Source of the DNA: a virus
IMG/VR virus record: IMGVR_UViG_3300045988_010371
Coordinates: 1 to 5,092 of that record
Length of the DNA: 5,092 nt
Strand: one strand, 5' to 3'
Each line of letters opens with the position of its first letter. The first letter of the stretch is position 1. Made by a program: the position numbers and the translations under genes. The notes below the pieces were generated by a model, which saw nothing but the letters and a program-made list of their open reading frames with translations, did no database searches and was not told the DNA's origin. Below, piece after piece: positions 1-4,931 of this stretch.

Positions 1-29
1 CTTTTTTTTTAGATATCTCAACGGTTTGC

Positions 30-39
30 GCACGGGTAC
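30..39 (+). repeat. 10-bp direct repeat GCACGGGTAC, copy 1, immediately left of the 16-bp hairpin. Copy 2 is at 96..105.
   Basis: GCACGGGTAC occurs at 30..39 and 96..105. Both copies follow TTGC (tttgcGCACGGGTACa / cttGCACGGGTACc) and they bracket the hairpin at 41..81. Confidence 0.7.
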
Positions 40-40
40 A

Positions 41-81
41 CACCGGAAACAGTTACGTACTTGATGTAACTGTTTCCGGTG
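41..81 (+). promoter_or_regulatory. Perfect 16-bp stem / 9-nt loop hairpin in the large intergenic region. Candidate ssDNA structural signal (complementary-strand origin or priming site, or a packaging/regulatory element). Duplicated at 4992..5032 only because of the terminal redundancy.
   Basis: CACCGGAAACAGTTAC (41..56) is the exact reverse complement of GTAACTGTTTCCGGTG (66..81). The loop is GTACTTGAT (57..65). It is not followed by a T-run, so it does not look like a terminator. Confidence 0.6.
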
Positions 82-95
82 ACACCCCGATGCTT

Positions 96-105
96 GCACG
101 GGTAC
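96..105 (+). repeat. 10-bp direct repeat GCACGGGTAC, copy 2, right of the hairpin.
   Basis: Identical to 30..39 with a centre-to-centre spacing of 66 nt. Overlaps a GGTACC palindrome. Confidence 0.7.
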
Positions 106-125
106 CGTACGAATCTCTCGTATGT

Positions 126-153
126 TTGCTTTTCACTGAACATGTGGTATATG
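126..153 (+). promoter_or_regulatory. Weak sigma70-like promoter candidate reading toward VP1: -35 TTGCTT, 16-nt spacer, extended -10 TGgTATATG.
   Basis: TTGCTT at 126..131, TG at 145..146, TATATG at 148..153. The last -10 base is G rather than the conserved T. The host is unknown, so this consensus may not apply. Confidence 0.25.
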
Positions 154-200
154 CTTTGCCATACGGTGATAAAGCTTTTGGACTTTTGCTTTAGGGCCGT

Positions 201-254
201 AAGGCGACTGATTAGAGGACTTGTCCGGAAGAGCTTTTCAGTCGCCTTTTTTTT
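201..254 (+). terminator. Terminator-like hairpin: 11-bp stem, about 26-nt loop, then a T8 run, ending 24 nt upstream of the VP1 start. Could be a leaky terminator or attenuator, or an mRNA 5' stabiliser.
   Basis: AAGGCGACTGA (201..211) pairs with TCAGTCGCCTT (238..248). The T-run is 247..254. The loop is atypically long for a canonical intrinsic terminator. Confidence 0.4.
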
Positions 255-277
255 ATCTATAGCTATTGGATAAATAC

Positions 278-1942
278 ATGTCTTCTGTTAATCGTTCTAC
301 TCAGCATCTGTTCTCTCAGGTTCCTTCGACACAGATTCCTCGATCAGTCTTTGACCGTTCTCATGGTTATAAGACAACCTTTAATTCTGGTTATCTTGTA
401 CCTTTTTATGTTGACGAAGTTTTGCCAGGCGATAGTTTTAAGCTGACTGCAACTCTTTTTGCTCGTCTGGCTACTCCTATTGTCCCGTTCATGGACAATC
501 TTTATCTGGAGACTTTCTTTTTCTTTGTTCCTAACCGCCTTGTTTGGGACAACTGGCAGAAGTTTAATGGTGAACAGAAGAATCCAGCAGATCCGACGGA
601 CTTTTTGATTCCTACCGTTTCTGGCACGAATGTCCAGAATCAAACGCTTTGGGATTACTTTGGTCTTCCTACGAATGTGAATAAAGCGCTTAAGGTTAAT
701 GCGTTGCCTTTCCGCGCTTACAATTTGATTTTCAATGAGTGGTTTAGAGACGAGAATCTTCAAGAATCTTTGAAAGTTCCGACCGGCGATGGTCCAGATG
801 ATTTGTCTGACTATAGTCTTGTCCGTCGTGGCAAGCGTCACGATTATTTCACGTCTTGTTTGCCTTGGCCGCAGAAGGGTCCAGGCGTGGAAATTTCGCT
901 TGGTGGTACTGCGAAGGTTACTGGCGATATTGGTTTGGCGGCTCAGTACGGTTCGTACCATGTTGATAACGGCATTGGTTCTGTTTCCAATTGGTCTAAC
1001 TCTTATCCTATTTCTTTTACTGATGGTGTTACTTTAGGTGAGAAGGATCAGCCGTGGAGACAAGTTTCTAAAACCGTTCCTTTGAAGATTACTGCAACTG
1101 ATCCTTCGGATCCAGGGAGAGTTTCTTTTTATGCTGGTCGTGGTTTAGTTTTAGCTAACAATTTGGCCGCTGATTTGTCTAGCGCTTCTCCGATTTCCAT
1201 CAACGACCTTCGCCAAGCTTTCCAGATTCAAAAGCTCTATGAGCGCGATGCACGCGGAGGTACGCGTTACACAGAGATCTTGCGTTCGCACTTTGGCGTA
1301 ATCTCGCCTGACGCTCGTTTGCAGCGCCCTGAGTACCTCGGCGGCTCATCTGCTCGTATTACGATCAATCCTGTCCAACAAACTTCAGCAACGAATGACA
1401 CGACCCCTCAGGGCAACTTGGCCGCTTTTGGCGTCGTCTCTGATTCGTTCCATGGCTTCTCGAAGTCTTTTGTTGAGCACGGATATGTCTTTGGTTTTGT
1501 GAATGTTCGTGCTGATTTGACTTACCAGCAAGGTTTGAATCGCATGTGGTCGCGCCAAGGCCGTTTTGACTTTTATTGGCCTGTTCTCGCGCATCTTGGC
1601 GAGCAAGCTGTTCTCAATAAAGAGATTTATGCGCAAGGCACTGCTGATGACGATGAGGTCTTTGGCTATCAGGAACGTTATGCAGAGTATCGCTATTACC
1701 CCGGTCAAATCACAGGCAAGTTCCGCTCGACTGATCCGCAGCCTTTGGATAGCTGGCATCTAGCGCAGAAGTTCAGCTCTTTGCCAACGCTTTCGTCTCA
1801 ATTTGTTCAAGATAATCCGCCTGTAGAACGCGTTGTTGCTGTGACTAGCGAGCCGCAGTTTCTTTTTGATTCTTATATTCGTTTGAAGTGCGCTCGTCCG
1901 ATGCCTGTTTACTCGGTGCCTGGCTTAGTTGATCATTTCTAA
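278..1942 (+). CDS. VP1: Major capsid protein VP1 (Microviridae F-like capsid, gokushovirus type), 554 aa.
   Basis: The longest ORF. N-terminal RSVFDRSHGYKTTFNSGYLVPFYVDEVLPGDSF plus internal INDLRQAFQIQKLYERDARGGTRYTEILRSHFGV, which I recognise as hallmark conserved blocks of gokushovirus VP1. Third codon positions are T-rich. I prefer ATG 278 over the TTG at 266 used by the ORF track. No Shine-Dalgarno lies upstream. Confidence 0.97.
   Translation: MSSVNRSTQHLFSQVPSTQIPRSVFDRSHGYKTTFNSGYLVPFYVDEVLPGDSFKLTATLFARLATPIVPFMDNLYLETFFFFVPNRLVWDNWQKFNGEQKNPADPTDFLIPTVSGTNVQNQTLWDYFGLPTNVNKALKVNALPFRAYNLIFNEWFRDENLQESLKVPTGDGPDDLSDYSLVRRGKRHDYFTSCLPWPQKGPGVEISLGGTAKVTGDIGLAAQYGSYHVDNGIGSVSNWSNSYPISFTDGVTLGEKDQPWRQVSKTVPLKITATDPSDPGRVSFYAGRGLVLANNLAADLSSASPISINDLRQAFQIQKLYERDARGGTRYTEILRSHFGVISPDARLQRPEYLGGSSARITINPVQQTSATNDTTPQGNLAAFGVVSDSFHGFSKSFVEHGYVFGFVNVRADLTYQQGLNRMWSRQGRFDFYWPVLAHLGEQAVLNKEIYAQGTADDDEVFGYQERYAEYRYYPGQITGKFRSTDPQPLDSWHLAQKFSSLPTLSSQFVQDNPPVERVVAVTSEPQFLFDSYIRLKCARPMPVYSVPGLVDHF
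887..1195 (+). other. Probable VP1 variable insertion loop (the gokushovirus-specific threefold 'mushroom' protrusion region).
   Basis: The segment VEISLGGTAKVTGDIGLAAQYGS...LANNLAADLSSASPIS lies between the conserved LPWPQKG and INDLRQAFQ blocks and is rich in G/S/T/D/N. The position matches the large surface insertion known from SpV4/Chp-type capsids. The boundaries are approximate. Confidence 0.5.
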
Positions 1943-1951
1943 GGAGTTGTT

Positions 1952-2014
1952 ATGGCCTTAGTTATTTGGCTTGCTGTTGTTGGTACTGTTGTTATTTTTG
2001 CTTTAGGACAGTAA
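1952..2014 (+). CDS. Candidate micro-ORF encoding the 20-aa hydrophobic peptide MALVIWLAVVGTVVIFALGQ (single TM-length segment). Its stop is 2 nt before the VP2 ATG.
   Basis: AAGGAG at 1941..1946 (overlapping the VP1 stop), a 5-nt spacer, then ATG 1952. This is the best SD/spacing in the window. TAA at 2012..2014, VP2 ATG at 2017. The peptide has no charged residues. Confidence 0.45.
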   Translation: MALVIWLAVVGTVVIFALGQ

Positions 2015-2016
2015 TC

Positions 2017-2640
2017 ATGGGTTTCGGTTGGGCCGAAGCGATTGGCGGTGCTGCTAATTTTGGTAGTTCTGCTCTTTCTGCTTACTTTAGCTGGAAGCAT
2101 CAGAAGCAGGTGATGCAAAACAGGCACCAGTGGGAAGTTGAAGATATGCGCAAAGCAGGTCTCAATCCCATTTTGAGCGCGACTGGAGGTTCTGGCGCTG
2201 CTGGCAATGCTCCCGTTATTTCTCCGCCTGATTTAGCTGGCGCTATGAAGTCTGGTGCTGAAGTTTCAACTCAGCATTCTGAGAAGAAGTTGAAAGATGC
2301 TTTAGAAAAACAGACTTACGTCCAGAATTCTGCACTTCAAGCAGACGCAGGTTTAAAACGTGCTCAGTCTGTCGCTGCTGATTCTTCTTCAAATTTGATG
2401 TGGTCTCAAACTAAAGGCCAGGAGATTGCTAATAAGATTCAAGAAGAGAATTTGAAGCAAGCGAAATTCATGACACAGAATTCTGCTATTGCTGCTGAGA
2501 AGCAAAAGATGGTTTTTGATTACATGCGTGATCATTCTTCTGCTTGGAGATTTGGTCAGTGGATGGGTCTCATTAATCCTTTTAACAATACTTCTTCGGC
2601 GGCTACTTCTGCAGTAGGTGCTGCCCGTCTTGCAAAATGA
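2017..2640 (+). CDS. VP2: VP2 minor capsid / DNA pilot protein, 207 aa.
   Basis: Gly-rich hydrophobic N-terminus (MGFGWAEAIGGAANFGSS) followed by QNRHQWEVEDMRKAGLNPILSATGG, the conserved gokushovirus VP2 motif, and a Q/A/K-rich coiled middle. Sits directly after VP1, as is usual. ATG 2017 is preferred to the TTG at 1966, whose extension (MACCCWYCCYFCF) is Cys-rich junk. Confidence 0.9.
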   Translation: MGFGWAEAIGGAANFGSSALSAYFSWKHQKQVMQNRHQWEVEDMRKAGLNPILSATGGSGAAGNAPVISPPDLAGAMKSGAEVSTQHSEKKLKDALEKQTYVQNSALQADAGLKRAQSVAADSSSNLMWSQTKGQEIANKIQEENLKQAKFMTQNSAIAAEKQKMVFDYMRDHSSAWRFGQWMGLINPFNNTSSAATSAVGAARLAK

Positions 2641-2735
2641 CTGATGTTATTTTAAAGTTCGTAAAAGTTTTGTTGAATTCCGGTTCAGCAATTTGGGAAG
2701 CCTTTAAGGCCATTAAGAAACTTTTTAAAAAGTGA
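2637..2735 (+). CDS. Candidate small ORF encoding the 32-aa cationic amphipathic peptide MTDVILKFVKVLLNSGSAIWEAFKAIKKLFKK.
   Basis: Its ATG (2637..2639) overlaps the VP2 stop TGA (2638..2640) in an ATGA coupling junction. It fills most of an otherwise 102-nt gap in a compact genome. The i/i+3/i+4 hydrophobic pattern and the Lys-rich C-terminus suggest an amphipathic helix. It has no SD of its own. Confidence 0.4.
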   Translation: MTDVILKFVKVLLNSGSAIWEAFKAIKKLFKK

Positions 2736-2742
2736 GGTTTAT

Positions 2743-2865
2743 ATGTCTCGTCGTCGTCACAAGCTTTCTCGTAAAGCATCTAAGCGTATTTTCCGCAAAG
2801 GTGCATCACGTACGAAGACTTTGAATACTCGTGCTACGCCCATGCGCGGTGGTTTTCGCATTTAA
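2743..2865 (+). CDS. Small basic DNA-binding/condensing protein (phiX174 J analogue; gokushovirus ORF8/VP8-like), 40 aa.
   Basis: MSRRRHKLSRKASKRIFRKGASRTKTLNTRATPMRGGFRI contains 13 Arg/Lys and no acidic residues. The C-terminal PMRGGxRI-type ending is typical of these proteins. GAGG at 2734..2737 lies 5 nt before the ATG. Confidence 0.8.
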   Translation: MSRRRHKLSRKASKRIFRKGASRTKTLNTRATPMRGGFRI

Positions 2866-2939
2866 GCGTTAACCCTAGTTATTTGCCGCGGTCGTCATGG
2901 TTATCATTTTGAGCATCTCAACTTCATTTGGTTTACGTT

Positions 2940-3170
2940 ATGGCTACTGCGGCTTTTCGGTTTACTCTTAAAGACTTTGGCGTCTGCTGGCTCATTCCTG
3001 GCGAATCGACCTATGTTGGTCGTCGTAAGTTGGTGACCTGGACGCTTTATCGCGATCGGCCTTGGGTTTCATTAGTATCTTTTCAAGTTCGTTCGCGTTC
3101 ATCTCGTGAAACGATTCTTCGTGAACTTCACATCGCGTGTCTTGAAAAATGCCTTGCTTTCACCCGATAA
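2940..3170 (+). CDS. Hypothetical 76-aa basic protein of unknown function. Overlaps the VP4 start by 22 nt in a different frame.
   Basis: The ORF MATAAFRFTLKDFGVCWLIPGESTYVGRRKLVTWTLYRDRPWVSLVSFQVRSRSSRETILRELHIACLEKCLAFTR fills most of a 283-nt gap between the J-like gene and VP4. By my count 35 of 76 third codon positions are T, the same kind of third-position T bias noted by eye for VP1. No SD is present and I recognise no motif. Confidence 0.4.
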   Translation: MATAAFRFTLKDFGVCWLIPGESTYVGRRKLVTWTLYRDRPWVSLVSFQVRSRSSRETILRELHIACLEKCLAFTR

Positions 3171-4066
3171 CAGCGTATCGTCTTGCTGGTCAAAAGACGA
3201 AAGATGGACAACGTAATGCGATAACGTTTGATCCGTCTAAAGCTATTCCGTTTTCGGAGTTTAAGATTCCTTGCGGCCAATGCATTGGCTGTAGACTTTC
3301 TAAGTCGCGCGAATGGGCCGCTCGATGTGTAGTTGAAGCTAGGTCACATAAGAACAATATGTTTCTTACGCTGACTTATGACGATGCTCATTTGCCTGCA
3401 GACGGCTCACTTCATTACGAGCATTTTCAGTTGTTCATGAAGCGTATGCGTAAGTACTTCATGAGTCGCTTTGGTCAGCAACTTCGCTTTTTTATGTGTG
3501 GCGAGTATGGCGACAAGCTTGGTCGTCCTCACTATCACGCCATAATTTTTGGCGTGACTTTTGTGGATAAGAAGCTCTGGTCGATTCGCCGTGGCAATAA
3601 CTTATATCGTTCTGCAACGCTTGAGAAACTTTGGCCCTTCGGTTTTAGTTCGATTGGCGCAGTTAATTTCGAGACTGCGGCTTATGTCGCTCGTTATGTG
3701 ACTAAAAAGATTACTGGTCCTTTGAAGCTTGAGCATTATGATGGTAAGGTTGCTGAATTTTGTCATTGTTCTTTAAAGCCTGGCATTGGTCATGACTTTT
3801 GTGAAAAGTACATGACTGATATTTATACTAACGATCGTCTCATTCTTAGCGAGAAGATCATGATGTCGCCTCCGGCCTATTTTGATAAGTTGCTTGAGCG
3901 CTCTGATATTGTTCGTTATGAAGAGATTAAGCGTCTTCGCGAAAAGCGAGGTCGCGATTTTGAAGATACTGGCGAAGCTTCGCCGCAACGCCTTTCAGTT
4001 CGTGAGCGCGTCCAAGAACTGAAGGCCGCCAAATTGAGGCGCGTTATGGAAGAGAATCAATCATGA
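3149..4066 (+). CDS. VP4: VP4 replication initiation protein (HUH rolling-circle endonuclease, phiX174 A analogue), 305 aa.
   Basis: MPCFHP start and the CGQCIGC cysteine cluster. Motif 1 FLTLTY. HUH motif HYH in RPHYHAIIFG (nt 3530..3538). A catalytic tyrosine pair YVARYVTKK with Y-x3-Y spacing (Tyr codons at 3683..3685 and 3695..3697). Confidence 0.95.
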   Translation: MPCFHPITAYRLAGQKTKDGQRNAITFDPSKAIPFSEFKIPCGQCIGCRLSKSREWAARCVVEARSHKNNMFLTLTYDDAHLPADGSLHYEHFQLFMKRMRKYFMSRFGQQLRFFMCGEYGDKLGRPHYHAIIFGVTFVDKKLWSIRRGNNLYRSATLEKLWPFGFSSIGAVNFETAAYVARYVTKKITGPLKLEHYDGKVAEFCHCSLKPGIGHDFCEKYMTDIYTNDRLILSEKIMMSPPAYFDKLLERSDIVRYEEIKRLREKRGRDFEDTGEASPQRLSVRERVQELKAAKLRRVMEENQS

Positions 4067-4353
4067 TCCTTAAAGTTTTTTCCGTTTTCGATTCGAAACT
4101 TCAGGTTTTTAATACGCCGTTTTTCAGCCGTTCTTCAGCTGATGCGTCTCGGTCTTTCTCTGATCTCGTTCGTGATAGTCGTACTACTGTTGGTCAGCAT
4201 CCTGGCGACTTTTTTCTTTATGAGATTGGTCAGTACTCTGATGAGACTGGAGAACTCGTAGCCTGCGCTCCGACGCAGATCGCTGCCGCAACTGCTTTCG
4301 TATCTACGATTGAGGACCTCAAAGCGGCCGCGCCTGCTAAGGCCGAAGTCTAA
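4063..4353 (+). CDS. VP5: VP5 non-structural protein (gokushovirus ORF5; proposed role in DNA synthesis/packaging), 96 aa.
   Basis: An ATGA overlap with the VP4 stop (ATG 4063..4065, TGA 4064..4066). The pattern FSVFDSKLQVFNTPFF...A.R.F...HPGDFFLYEIGQYSDETGEL matches the conserved VP5 signature as I recall it. Its position directly after VP4 is canonical. Confidence 0.8.
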   Translation: MILKVFSVFDSKLQVFNTPFFSRSSADASRSFSDLVRDSRTTVGQHPGDFFLYEIGQYSDETGELVACAPTQIAAATAFVSTIEDLKAAAPAKAEV

Positions 4354-4369
4354 GTACAGACGCGGCCGC
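4324..4369 (+). repeat. Two GCGGCCGC octamers forming a 9-bp all-G/C stem with a 28-nt loop. The structure spans the VP5 stop codon.
   Basis: GCGGCCGCG (4324..4332) is the exact reverse complement of CGCGGCCGC (4361..4369). The VP5 TAA (4351..4353) lies in the loop. Confidence 0.6.
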
Positions 4370-4391
4370 AACACGGAGATTCTTCTAATTA

Positions 4392-4418
4392 GTCCTTGCG
4401 CAGTGCGAGGACTTTTTT
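4392..4418 (+). terminator. Rho-independent terminator between VP5 and VP3.
   Basis: GTCCTTGC (4392..4399) pairs with GCGAGGAC (4405..4412), including one G-T wobble. The loop is GCAGT and TTTTTT follows at 4413..4418. The VP3 SD (GGAG 4423..4426) comes directly after. Confidence 0.65.
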
Positions 4419-4431
4419 ATATGGAGCTTAT

Positions 4432-4881
4432 ATGAAGTTCAAAATTAATCACACAAACGCTACGGCTGAAGGTATCGTTTTTACAGACCCTTCAATGACC
4501 CAACAGCACTTTAAAGATGAAACGATGATTGATAACATCCTTCAGAAATATGCTGAAACTGGCTTTTTGACTGATCCTTTTTCTCCTAAGCGTCCGATTC
4601 AATTCGGTGACTTTTCTGACGTCACAGATTTTCAGACTGCTCAGAATGCTGTTGCTCGTGCAACTGAATATTTTGAAAGCCTTCCGTCTCGCATTCGCGC
4701 TTCTTTCAATAACTCTCCATCCGATTTTCTTCAGGCGCTCAATGATCCTGAGCAGAGGAGTAAGCTTGAAGAGCTTGGCTTTGTCGCTTCTGAAGAAGTT
4801 AAGTCTCCTGAGTCTTCTAAAGAACCTCAGTCCGCTCCGGCGACAGATGTTAAACCGTCTGCTTCTGACAACAACGGGTAA
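4432..4881 (+). CDS. VP3: VP3 internal scaffolding protein (Chlamydia-phage-type scaffold), 149 aa.
   Basis: GGAG at 4423..4426 lies 5 nt before ATG 4432. The blocks PSMTQQHFKDETMIDNILQKY, IQFGDFSDVTDFQTAQN and YFESLPSRIRASFNNSPSDFL, with an acidic S/E/P-rich tail, are typical of gokushovirus VP3. The track's TTG at 4396 would run through the terminator and was not used. Confidence 0.85.
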   Translation: MKFKINHTNATAEGIVFTDPSMTQQHFKDETMIDNILQKYAETGFLTDPFSPKRPIQFGDFSDVTDFQTAQNAVARATEYFESLPSRIRASFNNSPSDFLQALNDPEQRSKLEELGFVASEEVKSPESSKEPQSAPATDVKPSASDNNG

Positions 4882-4898
4882 TTACTAATAACTCATAT

Positions 4899-4919
4899 AA
4901 GGGATGGTTTCCATCCCTT
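4899..4919 (+). other. 9-bp stem / 3-nt loop hairpin after VP3, with an alternative pairing partner downstream.
   Basis: AAGGGATGG (4899..4907), TTT, CCATCCCTT (4911..4919). A second ATCCCTT at 4924..4930 could pair alternatively with AAGGGAT. Confidence 0.55.
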
Positions 4920-4931
4920 CAAGATCCCTTT

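Larger units (their letters stand above)
1..141. repeat. Terminal redundancy, left copy; identical to 4952..5092. Marks a circular 4,951-nt genome that was linearised inside the large intergenic region.
   Basis: Base-by-base comparison: c+T9+agatatctcaacggtttgcgcacggg...ttttcactgaac at 1..141 is identical to 4952..5092. The offset is exactly 4951. Confidence 0.95.

Noticed and set aside
24-40. TTGCGCAC resembles the XerC arm (GGTGCGCATAA) of a dif site. Enterobacterial gokushoviruses have been described integrating through dif-like motifs.
   Set aside because: Only TGCGCA is shared. There is no 6-nt central region followed by a XerD arm (TTATGTTAAAT-like) here or elsewhere in the intergenic regions, so there is no convincing dif mimic.
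79-273. 64-aa + strand ORF in the large intergenic region (GTG 79; internal ATG 142 would give 43 aa).
   Set aside because: It runs through the hairpin arm, the direct repeat, the promoter-like element and the terminator-like hairpin/T8. The product is Cys/Arg/Phe-rich and odd-looking. Third-position T is only about 30 percent by my count, and there is no SD. It is more likely structured non-coding DNA. Frame conservation in relatives would be needed to revive it.
266-277. Upstream TTG starts used by the ORF track: 266 for VP1, 1966 for VP2, 2928 for the 76-aa ORF and 4396 for VP3.
   Set aside because: In each case an in-frame ATG follows shortly after and gives an N-terminus typical of the family and/or a properly spaced SD. 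The 4396 extension would read through the terminator hairpin. The 1966 extension is a Cys-rich string overlapping the micro-ORF.
344-961. Minus-strand ORFs from the track: 344..961 (205 aa), 1385..1759, 1939..2127, 3773..3988 and 4135..4374.
   Set aside because: All are antisense to well-supported core genes, and Microviridae express only one strand. Their translations are low-complexity (R/K/I/T-rich), as expected from reading the complement of T-rich codons. No start signals were seen.
789-1037. Hydrophobic +1-frame ORFs inside VP1: 789..1037 (82 aa) and 1566..1763 (65 aa).
   Set aside because: Both are in the +1 frame of VP1 ((789-278) mod 3 = 1 and (1566-278) mod 3 = 1). T-rich third positions put T in the centre of +1 codons, which generates stop-poor L/V/I/F-rich ORFs by composition alone. 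No SD is present. I keep them as the internal control showing why the VP3-embedded ORF must be treated cautiously.
2914-2930. CAACTTCAT at 2919..2927, reminiscent of the phiX174 origin core CAACTTGATATT. Also a shared 8-mer ATCTCAAC at 15..22 and 2915..2922.
   Set aside because: Only a 6-7-nt match to the phiX origin. Shared 8-mers are expected many times by chance in 5 kb. Gokushovirus VP4 is too diverged from phiX A to assume the same nick site. This is not enough to call an origin.
2897-2971. 24-aa ORF (ATG 2897, MVIILSISTSFGLRYGYCGFSVYS) overlapping the start of the 76-aa ORF.
   Set aside because: No SD, no coupling junction and an unremarkable composition. It is indistinguishable from chance at this length.
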